This document shows positions 1 through 19,242 of a stretch of 64,000 nucleotides of DNA, piece after piece (positions within the stretch are counted from its first letter, which is position 1; each line of letters opens with the position of its first letter). This stretch comes from Chrysemys picta bellii (lineage: Eukaryota), in the NCBI RefSeq assembly GCF_011386835.1, contig NC_088814.1, positions 2,294,001-2,358,000 on the forward strand. The letters run 5' to 3'. The notes under the pieces are model-generated. The model was not told where the DNA came from. It was given only the letters and a program-made list of their open reading frames with translations, and did no database searches. Made by a program: the position numbers and the translations under genes.

Positions 1-227
1 CACCTGGGATCCCCACTACTCCGGGGCCTGCCACAGGAGCCAACCTGCTCCCTGCAGTGCTCTTCACCCACCCCCAGCTCCTGCATCAGCCTCTGGCCTG
101 CGCTGCTTTTATAATCCCTGGGCCTTGACTGGCGGCTCTCAGCTGGGAGACAGCTGATCAGTCCCAGGTGAGGCTGGTCCTGCTCCCTTGAAAGGGTCGG
201 CCAACCCGGGACTGACACGTCAGGCTA

Positions 228-1065
228 GATCTGCAAAGGGATTTAGGTGCCTTTAGATCCTCAGCCCCCTGCCCAGTTGCCAGCCAACCCTCTAGGCAGC
301 TCATTTTGCACCGTGGGTATGTGGGCACCTCTGCCCCTGTCCTGCTGCTGCTGAGGGTTATCGCCCTGGCAGGATCCTCCAGCGAGGCATTGCCCCACCT
401 ACCTCGCCTGCAGGGCCTCCTCTGCTAGGAGTGCTTACCAGACCGGGCCCCTCATCGAACACAGCTGAGGAGGGGATGCTTGTGCTGTCTCCCATAGTCC
501 CACTAGCCCAGTGGTTAGTGCACTCAGCCAGGCTGCAGGAGACCAGGTTCAAATCCCGCCTCTGCCTGGTTCAGAGCAGGGACTTGACAGCAGGCCCCCC
601 CACCTCCCAGGTGAGTGCTCTAACTCTAACCCCAAGATGGCCGGCTCAGGCGCCTAGTGAAACTCTTCCACTTGGTCTAAAATACTCACTTATCCCTTGG
701 GCCAGGGAGCAGGAGACTGACTCTATGGACTAGTGGGTAAGGCGGGCACCTGGGAGACCCAGCTAGCTCCAGTCCCTGCTCCAATAAATATTTAAGCATT
801 TCCCAGGAGAGGATTCCTCCCCAGAGTACCCTAGAGCCCAGAGGTTAGGGCATTCAGCGAGGTGCCTGGCTCCGAGAGCAGGTTCACAGCTATGACTTGT
901 CTCCCTCTGGCCCGGCGTTTAGGCCACGCCCCTCTCCCTGGCATTTCCCACGGGCTCGTTGAGGTGGTTCCCGGCTCAACTCGCCAACTTCTGCGGATCC
1001 CACTCGTAAGCGCCTAGCGCCACCCAAGCGCTGTCCAGGGAGCCCTAACTTGGGGCTGAAGATCC
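228..1065. repeat. Interspersed repeat containing several degenerate tRNA-like (A-box/B-box) modules
   Basis: Modules such as CTAGCCCAGTGGTTAGTGCACTC...GGTTCAAATCCCG (~502-560), with weaker copies at ~722-780 and ~831-890. Boundaries are approximate. Confidence 0.4.
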
Positions 1066-2784
1066 CACTGGGTGGCAGGGGGCCTCGAGTTGGGTGTTTG
1101 CAGTGCTGCGCCCAAGTGCCCTCAGTGGGTCTGGCCCACACCGTATTGGGCTAAGAGGACCATCTGCACTGACAGGAAGTAGGATAAAACCACATGCCTT
1201 GGATGTATGCTGGCCACCACCTATGGGTCGGGAAGTACCTCTTCCACCCCCATGGTGTAGAGGACACACTTAGATACACTAGAGGTGCAGGTTATGGCTG
1301 CCTCTGAAGTATATGGCATTGGCTACTGATGGAGACAGCTCACTGGACTAGGCAGAGCGTTAGTTTACTCTGGCCTGGCAGAGAGCAGGATACTGGACTA
1401 GATGGACCACTGGACTTTTCTGATTTAAGAACTGGACTATTGGGCCAGACAGCCCCCTTGTCTGCTCCAAACTGGCCCCGTATAACAGTACTCTCTAACT
1501 CCGGTACCTGCTGTTTCCTGCAGCGATGAGCCCAGGCACTGTTATCTAGAGTTCCAGAGACGCTGCTGACAAAATACAAATCATAATGATCTCTGTCATG
1601 TCAACGTTATCAGCTGTGCTGTAGGCAGAAGGCAGGCGGGGAGCTGAGCTAACCGAGAGAGAGAGCCAGGCCCAGAGACACTAATTGCAGTTTCACATAC
1701 ATGTCTGGCAGAGCGGCTTTGTTTTCCCTTGTTGAAGTCTTGTAAATAATCATTACAGCTCCAAGGCGGGGCTGGGAACTGCTGCCAGGAGCCCTGCAGG
1801 GCACTGTCGAACGTAAGAGCAGGGATCAGAGAGCCCCAGTGCCCACGGGGAGGAGCTGTCATTGGGAGCAGTGAACCAAGGAACTCCCTGTGTGTGGCCA
1901 TGACACAATGCGGGGTTGGGAGCGCAGAGGGGGCAGCCAGCCAGTGGACCGAGGGGATGAGATCTCCCAAAATACAGAGAGAAACTGCAATGGGGATTGC
2001 TTAAAGAACTGGTGGGAACCTCTGGAGCCTGTGAGGCTCATGCAGTTTGAGTCTTGACAATGGCACCATAAAACCGGTCGCCAAGCACAGATTAATGGGA
2101 GGCAAAAGTATTGTCGTACCATGGGAGGCTCTATTAAAGTCTAGTTCCAGGAATTCCCTTGGGTGGTGCAGCGTGGGTGCAGCCCAGTGACCCAGAGGGG
2201 AGTAGCTCAGACGTGCGGAAGGCGAACAGCTGATAGAGGCTTGTGGCAGGTTGGAGGGAGGTGTTTGGGGTAAAGCGGGTAAATGCTCTTTCCTGTCCTG
2301 TTTCCAGCATTTGGACTCTAGCGCAAGGCGTCACATAGTGTATTTCTGTACTATGGACGTTTCTTATAAGCATTTTACCACACACTGCACAATTAGCCTG
2401 TGGAAGTCAGTGCCACTAGATATCACTGAGGCCAAGAACATAGCAGGATTCCAGAAGCTCTGGACATTTCTATGCTGACAAAAATATCCAGATCTACAGT
2501 AACCCGGATTAGAAAATGGGGAATTTTGAAAGGGATATGAGCCAGCCTCTCTCTGATGGGTGTTGGGGAGAAACCCGGTGGGCAAGTTAGTCCTTAATGA
2601 CCTATTGCCTCACGAGCAACTGGTGCTAGCTCCAGTCAGAGACGGGAGACTGTGCTAGCTGGATTCCTGGGCTGATACAGTCGGGCAATTCCTACTTTTC
2701 TAAGGATGCTGTCACTGTAGAAACTGGGCAAACTTCCCACAGTTTAGATCAGAAGCAAATAAGATTCTCCCCCTGATCAGGAGC

Positions 2785-2909
2785 TAGGGTGACCAGACAG
2801 CAAATGTGAAAAATTGGGACAGGGGTTGGGGGGGTAATAGGAGCCTATATAAGAAAAAGACCCAAAAATCGGGACTGTCCCTATAAAATCAGGACATCTG
2901 GTCACCCTA
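2785..2909. mobile_element. hAT-type MITE (TAGGGTGACCAGA TIR)
   Basis: TIRs TAGGGTGACCAGA/TCTGGTCACCCTA; perfect 8-bp TSD TCAGGAGC (2777-2784, 2910-2917). Confidence 0.9.
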
Positions 2910-4239
2910 TCAGGAGCTTATACACTACAATGCCCTGCAGCACCAAACAGCCGTGGAAGGGTCAGATCACCTGGGCAAACCCAGCCTGCAGCTCAGATCC
3001 CGGGGGAATCCAAACCCTGTCGTGGGTGGGGAGTCAGCTCGCTCTAAGCTGGGTGGCCAGGCTCAGGCTCGGTGGGGGTGAATTTCAGTGGTGAGGGCTC
3101 TTTGCCAGATGTGGAAGATTGACTCTGAAAAATGAGGTGGGGAATCTCCAAGACTATATTCTGTTAAACAGACGCCTTTAATAAACACACTCCAACTTCA
3201 GGATTTTGGCTCCTTTGTGGCAAAGAACGGATTCTTTGTCTTGATAAAATAAAAGCTGCTTTGTTCTACCCCTAGAGCTCTTTGATGTTTCAATGATCAG
3301 TGCTGTAGAATAACGTCATCTGGTGTCCTCAGCCTAACCTAGGAGATCCCATTCTCATATCAACCAGAGTGGAACTCCGTAGCTTTGCTTATTACACCAC
3401 CAATCCAGAAGCAGAACTGTCTCTGCGATGGCCTACAATGGAACTAGAGAGCCCCTTAGGGACGAGAGCAGCCAGGGGCAAGTAATGACCTTCGATTTCA
3501 GAAAAATGGAATCAGAGTTGCTCATGGAGTCTTAGATCTGCAGTGGGTTCGGCTCCATATCACAAAAGCAGGTATAGGTGGGTGAGTATTATTAAAATTA
3601 GTGCTGTTAATGAGCATAAGCCACACGCCCTGCCCCGAAGAGCTTACACTGTAACTGGACAGTGAGAGCAGTTACATGGCTAAGAGGGTAAATGAATTGC
3701 AGCGCATACATGGGAACAGCTTGAGTTATCGTTTGGAGGTTGTTGCCGTCGGACAGGTCTCCACTCACCCAAGCAAAGCCAAATTAATTGCTGTTCTGTG
3801 CATTCTCCTTTCCTTTGGAGGAGGCCACTGAACCAGGTGAATAACTCAGTGTGTGAACTGACTGAACTCACAGCTGTGAATCACTGGGAATCTTTCACAC
3901 ACACCCTCTGCAGTGACAGGAATTCTTCAGTGCATGTTGCAACTGGAAATGGACAAGCAAGAGTCAGTCAGTCACCCCTCCCTGCCAGAGAGCGAGGGCA
4001 CAAGAAAAGAGCGTTCAGGTTGGTGCTTTATGGCAGGTGTCTCATTGGTGGAGATATGGCTCAAGGAATTTGATGGGGAGAGAGCCCACATGATGCTCTG
4101 CTTTGATGTTCTGCAAACAGAAGAACATGGGTGCTGGAAGCTGGAAGGAAGGGGTGTCTACCTGCCCCATAACATTTAATTAAACGAGAAAAAAGAAGCA
4201 TGCTGAGAGCCTACTGGCTGAAGTGGCATTAAGATAAAA

Positions 4240-4309
4240 AGCAACAGAGGGTCCTGTGGCACCTTTGAGACTTTTTACAGATTCAGACTAACACGGCTAC
4301 CCCTCTGAT
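4240..4309. mobile_element. Short rearranged Penelope-like retroelement insert
   Basis: Same motifs as 45107-45224 (AGCAACAGAGGGTCCTGTGGCACCTTTGAGACT plus the inverted GGGTAGCCGTGTTAGTCTGAATCTGTAAAA); flanked by a 12-bp TSD ATTAAGATAAAA. Family assignment is from recall of reptile repeats. Confidence 0.65.
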
Positions 4310-6860
4310 ATTAAGATAAAAGAACCTCTTAAACTTCAGACTGAGGCCAGAATGTGTATTCTGGGTCCTACAGGATAACAACAGAGCCAGGACTGGCCTT
4401 ACAATCTGCAAGACCCCAACCTGTTTGGGGCGGGAAAAAGAATCGGGCCTAAAATTGCTTTCCTTCCTGGTCCCAGAGGCAGAATTGGACCTTCTGCTTT
4501 GGTGCCACAGCCTCCTTCTCCACTTCTACTGCTAAAGGGGATCAGGCCATGACTTGCCCTCTCCTCTACTCCAATCTTCTTGGCAGGGGATGGGTTGGAC
4601 TATGAGGGTATGGGGGAATGAAAATGTGCAGGCCCCAAGCAGTCGTGTGTCATGCTTTTGCTTAAGGCCAGACTTGGAAGGAGTTTTTCTTCTGTCTATT
4701 TTAAATGGGGCTCTCAGAAGAGGGGGGGCTTCCTTCCTGCCAGTGCTCCAGCCCAGCTGGCGTGGGGACTGAACACAGGCCTACTCAGAAATGTGCCTCT
4801 GTTGCATACAGGTTATTTTAATGTTTCCTTTCATGCAAACACACGTAGGGAACATTCTTTCCAGGCGTTGAGTAGAGGGCTGGTAGGAGCAGCCTTGGCA
4901 GACAGTAAATAGTGAGGAAACTGGACAGAAACAAAACCAACCTGCTGGACTCACACCTTGGTATGTTATTGCCTAGCAACACCGGCGTTTCTGCAAGGAC
5001 GCCTGGCTCAGAGGGTGAAGGAGCAAAGCTCTTGCATTCCCACTCCTGCCAATACCTGAGCCCTTTCTCCATGTTACTGTCTCTTTGCTCAGGATTCTGC
5101 CCTTTAGCTCTAGACACCAATTGGTGTCTTTTCCATTGTTTGGTTTCTACTGGCTGTGTGTATCACTCACCAGGAAACTGGCCTGAAGGGGAATCGTCAA
5201 TTGTTTCTAATTAGCTTTTTCATTAGATTAAAAGCAGAGTTTACTGTTTGATCATAATTTCTACAATGCAATTATCCAGGTCCATTCAATCCCGTTTCTC
5301 ACACTGAATTGTGGGATTAGTTGCAGAGTTCCAGAACTTCTAAGCAATGATTTCATTTTCCTTCCCAGGAGAGATGATTGTTGTTCTCGGTCATGTACTT
5401 TCTTGCTGTTCATCTGTACCTAACCTGAGGGAGGAAATAACACGCGCAATGTGCTTCTTGTTGGAACAGACTCAGATACCATCTCCTGCATTATTATTTG
5501 CTTTATCTCGAGTGAATTTATGGCTGGACAGAGGTGCAGGACCGACAGCCTCGGAGAGTGAACTCCTTGGTTCCTCTACAAAATAGTTACGGCAGAGAAG
5601 GCTGCCCTGGCACTGTCCTACTAATGGGAATCATCACTGGCCTGGGGACCTGCTAGGGGTGGAGGGGAAATCTCAGGCTTAAGGGCCTAGTCGGGCCTAG
5701 TCAGTCCTTTGCTGTCCTGCTGTGCCAGCAAGGTGACCGGCTTTGGGGGATGTGGAGACCTGTTCCTTAGGGACTCCACTGGAGGTCAGTAAGCAGCAGT
5801 TGAATGATAATGAATTTGGATCACTATCAGCAGAGACTGGATTCAGCCGGGTGACAGAAAGAGGAAATGTTCCATCGCCCATTCCAGACCATCGGCTGGT
5901 CTCCTCGGCTGAGATACAGTCACGCGTTAAATGAAGAGAAATGCCACGGCAGCTCATGTACAAAGAAGGGACCCAAATCAGAGATTTTGTCAGTGAAGGG
6001 ACATAGCAAAGTTTGGCTGGTTTGATGGCAATTTCAGCCAAATCCAGAGAGTGCTTCCATGCAGGGGCTATGGAAGGGCAAGGCTGGCACTTTTAGCACA
6101 TTGACTATCTCATAAGCAGCCTCCACTGCCAATTTCAGACCGATTAGGAATCTGAGTTAAGTGGTAGCACTGGCTTTTGGAATGGGGAGCATGCCATCAC
6201 GGCAACATCCCTAGCACACAACAACAGGGAGTAGACACCCTCACCAAAGAGGCCAAGACCAGGAGGAGGAACAAATGTTTGTTAGAATCACCAGACAAAG
6301 GGAGGATGAAACAAGTGAATTTGGAGATTAGCGAAAACACCATCTGCCCAGACAGAAATGAAAATCTATTGCACATCAATGCTGAGGCAGTGCAGCCTAC
6401 CAGACCGAGCACTCGACTGGGACTCAGCCAAGGACAACCAAGACCCCACTTTAATGAAAGACACACCACAAACTGCTTCCTGAATCCCCAAAAGATCCCC
6501 ATAAGTCACTGTCTTTTGCTACCCCACAAGCAGAGACGACCCATGCCACCGAGAGTAGGGGAGCAAAGTGAGGGCGGCCGGCTTCAGCAATGTTACTGAG
6601 CACGCTCAGTCTGTGTGAGCATGCTCAGTACAAGCCAAGCAGCAAATCGGGCTGCAGGGGGGAGGGCAGGGAACGTGACCCTGCAAGCCCTCCCCACACA
6701 TAGCTCTGCCCATAAGCCTCTCCCAGAGAAAGAAGCATCATTTCACATTATCTGCCAGTGCTACCTCTGGAACCGTCAGGCCAGTGGGCTGGGTTTGCAA
6801 TTTGCCTCTGCGCACTGCAAGTGGTAGCTGGCTCCTGGCAATGCAAACCAGAGCAGAGAA

Positions 6861-6983
6861 TAGGGTGACCAGATGTCCCAAATTTATAGGGACAGTCCCG
6901 ATATTTGGGGCTTTTTCTTCTATAGGCGCCTATTATCCACCACCCCCGTCCCGATTTTTCACACTTGCTGTCTGGTCACCCTA
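6861..6983. mobile_element. hAT-type MITE, second copy, inverted relative to 2785
   Basis: Same TIRs; perfect 8-bp TSD GCAGAGAA (6853-6860, 6984-6991). Confidence 0.9.
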
Positions 6984-7921
6984 GCAGAGAATGAAACAGT
7001 GCCGCTAATCCCGGCCTGGTTTTCCTGCTGCTTCCTCACCCCAATAGCTGCCCAACCCCGTTATTATACTGACTATTCTCAATCCCTTCAAAACATATTA
7101 CAGGAGCGGCTCCTCTCTTTTCAGATGGCTTTGTTGCTTCATCAGCCTTTGGGTTTTCAGTCCTGCCCTGCTCTGTCAAACTGTCTGCTTCCCACTTACT
7201 CGTTAGTGTCCAGTGCTCAGTACAAACGCAAACACTGCCCTTAACCCATCACACACTCTGAAATACCCTCCAGTTCCCCTGCTAAATGGGCCTGGACAAT
7301 ATTCTCTTGTGATTGCAAATGAGCTGAAATACAAATTCATACAGAAATACAAAGAAAAACTGGTCACACACCTCCCAAAGGAACAGCATGCAATGTGGCC
7401 GGGGAGCTAAAATCTAATGTTGTATCAATTTGTAGACAGGACATTCTCTGACAGGGGACTAGATTCTGCCTTAGCAGGGCAATGGACTGACGTTCTTAGA
7501 TGTTTTTCCAATCCCTCTATGATCCGAGCCAACATCAATACAGAGATAGAAATGACCAGTGGGAAGAGTCTGTGGAGCTACAGTATTTTTGCCCTGCAGG
7601 GCTCAGAGAAGTTTTCACGGCGGCTGCCTGGTCTGTGCCTGTCCCACGGATAAAGGGCCTGGTTGGAAGCACTCCAATGACTTCAGTGGGCTTGGGATCC
7701 AGTCCAAAGGATTTGTCCCCACAAACCTCTTGCATCAGCACCTTTCGCAAACAGCTCTGTAAATATTTTCATTTCATTGAAGATGGATTCGCAAACTGCT
7801 GGGTGGAGTCCGAATGTCTCTGTGTCTCCTGCGTAACAGTGTAAGGTATGTTAAAATGTGGCCTTGAGCAATGAGCCTGCTATTCTGAATCACACCTCAC
7901 CCCTCCTTTGGGAACAAAAAC

Positions 7922-8204
7922 GAAACATAGAAACACTCTTGATGAAGTAAAGTGTTTCTAGTGGAATGTGACAAAAGCATGAACACATCAAGGAGAAAAA
8001 TGATGACTCTGGAAGTTGGCTCAGACTTTAAGGGTGATGAAAACCCTGGGGAATGTAAGAGAGAAAAAAGGACCTTGCAGTGGCAACGCCCCCTGTTGTG
8101 GGTATAAAAGGAGCTCAGCGTCAGGGAAGTTAGCAGCACTCTCCTTCTTTCATAGCTGTGCTGGGTGACTCTCTTGGGCTTTAGATCCTCAACTACCTTT
8201 CACC
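7922..8204 (+). promoter_or_regulatory. Promoter and 5'UTR of keratin gene 1
   Basis: TATAAAA at 8103-8109, GC-rich CGCCCCC just upstream, Kozak CACCATG at 8205. Nearly identical to 19243-19525. Confidence 0.8.
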
Positions 8205-13382
<5,178 letters not shown>

Positions 13383-13597
13383 GACTACACACCAGTCCAC
13401 AGGCCCCAGTCCTGAGCACCTTGGATGCATCAATAGAAAAGGAAAGAAGACTCCAGTCCATGTGCTGTAGATGTGTAATACTGTCACCAAGGCTGTGTAG
13501 GTCTGGGCTCCATTAGTGTGTTCCTTCCCTTTTCATTCTGCCTCTGTTTCCCTCACCCTTGTCTGAGTGCTATCCTGTGCTCTTCCCATAAGTGTCA

Positions 13598-13603
13598 AAT
13601 AAA
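13598..13603 (+). terminator. Polyadenylation signal of gene 1
   Basis: AATAAA ~215 nt after the stop codon; the downstream context is shared with gene 2. Confidence 0.8.
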
Positions 13604-14466
13604 GCTTATCTTCTCATTCATGCAAACTAGAGTCTTGTCTCGGTTGTTCTAGGGGGCTGACGACACAGGCTCTCTAGGGGGAGATTGGTGCTGTTTGCTA
13701 GAGCTTCCATCAGCACTCGTGGGCAGCTAGAAGAAGGAATTGTTCAGATGGTCTCGAAAAGGCATTGTACGCTAGATCACTGAGTGATCTGAATTCATAC
13801 ACCAGAGCTAAATATTAAGGCAAAGAACTAGTGGCTTTATTGATCACATCCAACCTGGCTAAAATTCTGCAACTAAACTGTATAAACAGTGTCAGATATT
13901 CTGCCCTAAGTTGCAGTGGTCTCAAAATGGGAAACCTGAGAGAGACTTGGTGGTTTCACCATCCTGCTCAGGGACACAAGTGGCTATTCCACAGAGGAGG
14001 GTAAGAGATGGGGCTTCATCAGCTCACTGAGCCAAGGTGCATGGTGCACAGGGAAAGAAAATGAATCACAAACGCCATCATACCAGCCCCCTGCCAACTG
14101 TCAGCCACACACCTCTATCAGCGCTGGCTGTGTTACATAGGTCACAACGCTTGGTGGGAAAATTAACTTGTGTGGCAGATGTGTTAACGGTACCTTTGGC
14201 TGACCTCTTCATCGGTAATACAATTGCAGTTTTATTCAGTGTGACTTTCTTGGCAACTGTCCAGGTCTTTCTAAAGGGTCAGAGAAAGGCAGACCCCTCT
14301 GATAGCTGTCAGGGGGTGCGTGACCTGCTCAGGGTAAGGTTATTACATGCTGTGTTGGGGTTTGATCCCCTGTGCCAATTTGTCATTACTGCCCATTCCT
14401 GATGCAGTGGGACACTGATACACTCCATCTTGACGGGCAGTTCCCGGAAGACAATTTCAGCTATCA

Positions 14467-14754
14467 GGGTACGTCTGCACTGCAATCAGGGGTGTAACTG
14501 CAGCACATGTAGACATACCTGAGATCTTTAACTGGGCTAGCTCATGCCCTCATAGCCGCGAAGCCACAGCAGCACGGACTGCTCCGTGAGCAGCCACCCC
14601 AGTAATTACCCAGGGCCTCAGGCAGGCTTGTCCAAGCTGCCAACGGTACATCACTGCCATTGCTACGTCACTGCCTGAGCTAGCGAGGTTACAGCTAGCT
14701 CAGGTGTGTCGACGTGCTGCAATTACACAACCTGATTGCAGTGTACGTCTACCC
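14467..14754. mobile_element. PIF/Harbinger-type MITE
   Basis: TIRs GGGTACGTCTGCACTGCAATCAGG / CCTGATTGCAGTGTACGTCTACCC; 3-bp TSD TCA. Confidence 0.75.
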
Positions 14755-15379
14755 TCAGTCACTAGGTTCTGCCACCCTTCCTCCCTTTAAGTAGTACCTG
14801 GCTCCATATGTAGTGCTGGTGGACAGCAACAGGATGATTCTGAATAAGATATTACTGAACATGTGTGAAGCTGACAGAATCTGGTCTTCCTATTTGAAGC
14901 CCCTGTTTTTAGGGAGCTTGCCCTGATTTCACCTGGCTAAGCCCTGGTATAGCTAGAGAGAGCTCTGGTTCTCCCTGCAAAGGGGGAAAGGAGCCTTTCT
15001 GTTCTCTCTCTGGCTCAGAATCCCAGAACTTACATGACCCCATCATCATTCCACTCAGACTCTATTCAGGTAGATTATAATCATGAGCCATGAATGTAGG
15101 GTTATGATCAGCACAATTACTCTGTAAGATTAGCATCCTCTTCCTGAACGCATTTGTGCATTTATATAGCATCATTGAGGTGCCTGGCATTGTACAGGAG
15201 GAAAATCAATGGACACGATTCCTCTTCTAAAGGAGGTGTCTTTGGAGTCCTGTCTGCTCAGTTCTTCAACTGAAGGCAGGAAACTTGCCTTTGTATTTTT
15301 CTCTTGTAAATGCCGGGTACACCTACTACGCTAGAAGACTTTTGTTGAAAGAACAAATCAAACAATTAAAGAACTAGAA

Positions 15380-16056
15380 CAGGGGTGGGCAAACTTTTTG
15401 GCCCGCGGGCTACATCGGGGTTGCGCAACTGTATGGAGGGCTGGGTAGGGAAGGCTGTGCCTTCCCAGACAGCCTGGCCCCCGCCCCCTATCCGCCCCCT
15501 CCCACTTCCCGCCCCTGACTGCCCCCCTCAAAACCCCCAACCCATCCAACCCACCCTGCTCCTTGTCCCCTGACCGCCCCCTCCTGGGACCCCCGCCCCC
15601 TATCCAACCCCCCTGCTCCCTGTCCCCTGACTGCCCTCCCAACCCCTATCCACATCCCCGCCCCCTGACAGGCCCTCCAGGACTCCCACTCCCAACCCTC
15701 CCTGTTCCCTATCCCCGACCGCCCCCCCCAAAACCTCTGCCCCATCCAACCGCCCCCTCCTCCCTGACTGCCCCCCAGGACCGCCCACTCCCTTACCCAA
15801 CCCCGCCACTCCCCGCCCCCTTATCAGCAGCAGGAGCTCACAGCCATGACACCCGACCAGAGCCAGCTGTGCTCCCCACGCTGCCCAGCGGGAGCGGCGA
15901 GCCAGAGTGCAGCCCGCACAGCGGCCTGGCTGTGGGGGACAGGGGACAGTGGGGAGAGGGGCCGGGGTCTAGGCTCCCTGGCCGGGAGCTCAGGGACCAG
16001 ACAGGACAGTCCTGTGGGCCGGATGTGGTCCTCAGGCTGTAGTTTGCCCACATCTG
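15380..16056. mobile_element. Non-autonomous hAT element with internal C-rich minisatellite
   Basis: TIRs CAGGGGTGGGCAAACT / AGTTTGCCCACATCTG; perfect 8-bp TSD AACTAGAA. Confidence 0.9.
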
Positions 16057-18101
16057 AACTAGAAGAAAGAATTAAAATGATTTCAAACATAACTAGAGAA
16101 GTTCAGGTTCAGATTCTCTGGTGTGTCTACTGGGCCATGAGTGAGATGGTTCTGGGTTCCTCTTCCTCAGGTTGCTTGTACACTGGCCACAGCTGCAGCA
16201 CAGGTAATAGTGAGCTGGGGATATCCAGATGGGGGAACCATGGTCCCTGCCTGCCCCATCACCAGTGCTGCAGGGGGACTGGCAAAGCATCCAGCCACAA
16301 TGGCTCTGTTCTAGCAGCAGACTCGCCTACCCCAGGAGTATCCGTGCATGAAAGAGAGAGGTTATAATAACACACATTGGTTTAATAACACACAATGGTT
16401 TAATAACACAATTAACTGTTTCTTCAACTAGGTTTCTGATATTCTTTAGATCTGTGTTCCTTAGCTAAAGTACAGACTGGAGAATTACTATAAATCTCAG
16501 TGACAAGGTTAGTAGGATTGGTTCATATGTGATCCTTGCACTCTGCAGCTGCCAAGCAAATCAGGCCTTACGGTGATTTAGGTCTTATACCATACTGGAT
16601 GGTACCTTGCACATTTCCTGTGTTGTCACTACATTCAGCTGGGATGATGCAGGAAGTTTCTGGTTCTTTTTTTCTTTTCATGGTTCTGGCATCAAGTGGG
16701 GGAGAAAATCTGGACCTCAAAATTACAGGCCTTGCCTCACATCTTGTGTTGTCATTTATACCTGGGCAAAGTGAGTGTAAACTTTGCCACTGCGATGCAA
16801 GGGAAGGATTTGACACCCACTTTGTACCCATGTTGTACCTGTGGATGTGACCATCCATAGATGTCATAGATTTTATGGCCAGAAGGGATCTCTTGAAACG
16901 TCAGGTTCACTTCCTCCTATCTCACCCGATGCTTGTACAAAGCTGCTTCAGTAAATGATAAACACATGAAAGCTTTTGTGCCATCATTTTCTCTGCTATA
17001 TCTAGAATTAGCTGTAATGTAATAGTAGTAAATATCCCAAAGACACATCCCACCCCTATTCTCACTCATCAGTTCCATCCCCTTTCCTGTAAAATGCTCC
17101 AGCCCGGGTGGGACGGAGCTGAGCAATCAAAGTCTGCTCAGAAATAGACATCTGTTGCTTGTGGGACATAGCCTCTTTCCCCTTTCATGGAAGCTGATCT
17201 AAGGAACATAATTTCTAGCTTTGGGGAAGGGGATTGTTAGGGCCTGTCTAGGAAGACAGTAAAGTGGTTGACATGGTACAACATGTGAAGAAATATGCTT
17301 TCCTCCACACCCTGGAACATTATTAAATAGTGCCACTTAGATCTGTGCCCGAGGGTTTTCAGTCTGGTAGGGAGTTTAGTATTGAGAATTGAGATAGCAG
17401 AACTTGACCTAATTCAACCCTATAATTTTCTGAGCCCCTTGGCTCTTCACAGGGCAGTTAGCATCTCTTGAGCAGTTTGGTTTACGTTGGGTGTGTACAT
17501 CACTCAAAAGGTGCTCTCAGGGCAGGGAGCCACAAGGAAAATCTCTGATAACATCTGATTAACTTGTTCATTAGGTTAATTATATAGAACTGTGTTGTTC
17601 TGCTGAGCATTAGTTTAAATCCCCAATTCTTAAAGCCAATAACCAGTCCCCAGGCCATTCAGACTGTTTTCTTGGGTCTTTCTTTACACTGAACTATCCT
17701 CTTTCTTAGAGAGCTCCATAATTTCTAAAGTTCTTCCATCTAATAGCCATGCCCTGGATTTTTAAAAATAACTTGGGGGATCGCAGTCTAGTTCTTAATG
17801 GCAGATGTTGACATCACAAAATCAGTGACCGCATCCAACACTAATTGGGCCTCTTAATGGCTACCTCAGCAGAGAGGCCAAGTATTGAATTGGCCAGGGG
17901 GCTGAAGTCCCCTCTCACCTCTATAGGAGATCTTCCAGGATGAGGTGAAGGTACATTGACCGGGAGCGTTATGGAGGAAGCCTGCACATTTGCTGACAAT
18001 TTTGTCCGTTCTGTGGATACACAGAAGACTTGGGTTCAGAGCTGTCCACCATACATCTATCACCAACACCATACTCACAAAATTAAAGACACACGTTAGA
18101 G

Positions 18102-19010
18102 CAGGGGTTCTCACAACATTTTTTTTGGTGGCCTCAGAGTGTGACCACCAACGCTTGCTGGTGGCCACTCACACAATTTTTCCTAAAATACTTAATGAAC
18201 TTTAGGAAAAACAAATAAATATGCACATGTATATGTCCAAATCATAATAATTTATTTATGTAGGGTTTTTTTTGCAGACTCAGTAATAAAAATAATGTAG
18301 TTGTCTCTATTCTTTACTGGACCTAAATAGAATAGAAACACAAATAAGGTGCTTTGCATGTTCTTATCTTTTGTTGTTTCTTTTGCTTTTTTGGCTGCAT
18401 TTTTTAGACTTGCTAGCCAGTAAGTCTGCTTCTATGAAAAGTGATATTTGTAGGTTTGTTAATATCACTTTTCATAGCAGCAGACGGTTAGCTAGCTGAG
18501 AGGCAGTGAGAGGTGATATTAACAAATATACAAATATCACTTTTCACAGCAGACCTACTCAGCCTTGGCAAGTCGGGGAACAAATTGAGACTTGGATGGG
18601 GAGGTGGGTAGGGAGGCAGTGGGGGCGATGAGTGGGGTGGTGAGACTGGGAATGGAGTCTTGCAGCCAAGGGATGGAGCTCACTCCTGAGTAGCCAAAGC
18701 CTGGGCCCAAAGCCTTGCAGTCAGAGCCCATGGCAGAAGCCTGCTGCCACGCGGCCAGAGCCTGTCACTTGTCACACCAGGGCTGAAGCCAGAAGCCTGA
18801 GCCCGACTGCCCCGGGAAGGTGGGGAACTCACACCGGCTGTCTGCTCCCCCAGTGTTTGTGGCTCCGAAGGGGGGCAAGGCCCAACCCCTCCTGGCAGCC
18901 CCAAAGGAGGGGCCGCTGCTTTGTCCCCTGCCCCGCAAATCACCACCCAGGAGGCTGTGGCCGCAAGAAAAGCCCCTGGTGGCCACAGTGGCCGCATTTG
19001 AGAAATGCTG
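18102..19010. mobile_element. Non-autonomous hAT element upstream of gene 2
   Basis: Ends CAGGGGTTCTCA / TGAGAAATGCTG; TSD not clearly preserved. Confidence 0.7.
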
Positions 19011-19242
19011 CATTTTAGGTTTTATTTAAGGTTCTTCCTTAAAACAGCAACTATCACAAGAGATTTACTAAGCACCCAGTAATTACTGGGAATGGTACTC
19101 TGTAAAACCCAAGAAAGAAAGATTTACTTCACAGAAATGCGCTGGAGGAGTCTGTCTCACATTCAACAGCTGTAAAAATGTAGCCTGGAGCAATGAGCCT
19201 CCCACTTTGAATCACACCTGACTGTACATTTAGAAACAAGAA

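Noticed and set aside
1-217. Possible LTR 3' end (…CTGACA) at the window start
   Set aside because: The other end is outside the window, so the termini and TSD cannot be verified.
500-565. Possible tRNA gene
   Set aside because: A/B-box-like motifs are present, but I could not build a consistent cloverleaf or anticodon arm, and it is embedded in a repeat.
15358-16367. Cluster of Pro- and Gly-rich ORFs
   Set aside because: They lie in the C-rich minisatellite of a hAT element with TIRs and TSD.
16365-16410. 18-nt direct repeats (TAATAACACACATTGGTT x2.5) as a CRISPR-like array
   Set aside because: No spacers, vertebrate DNA; a simple slippage repeat.
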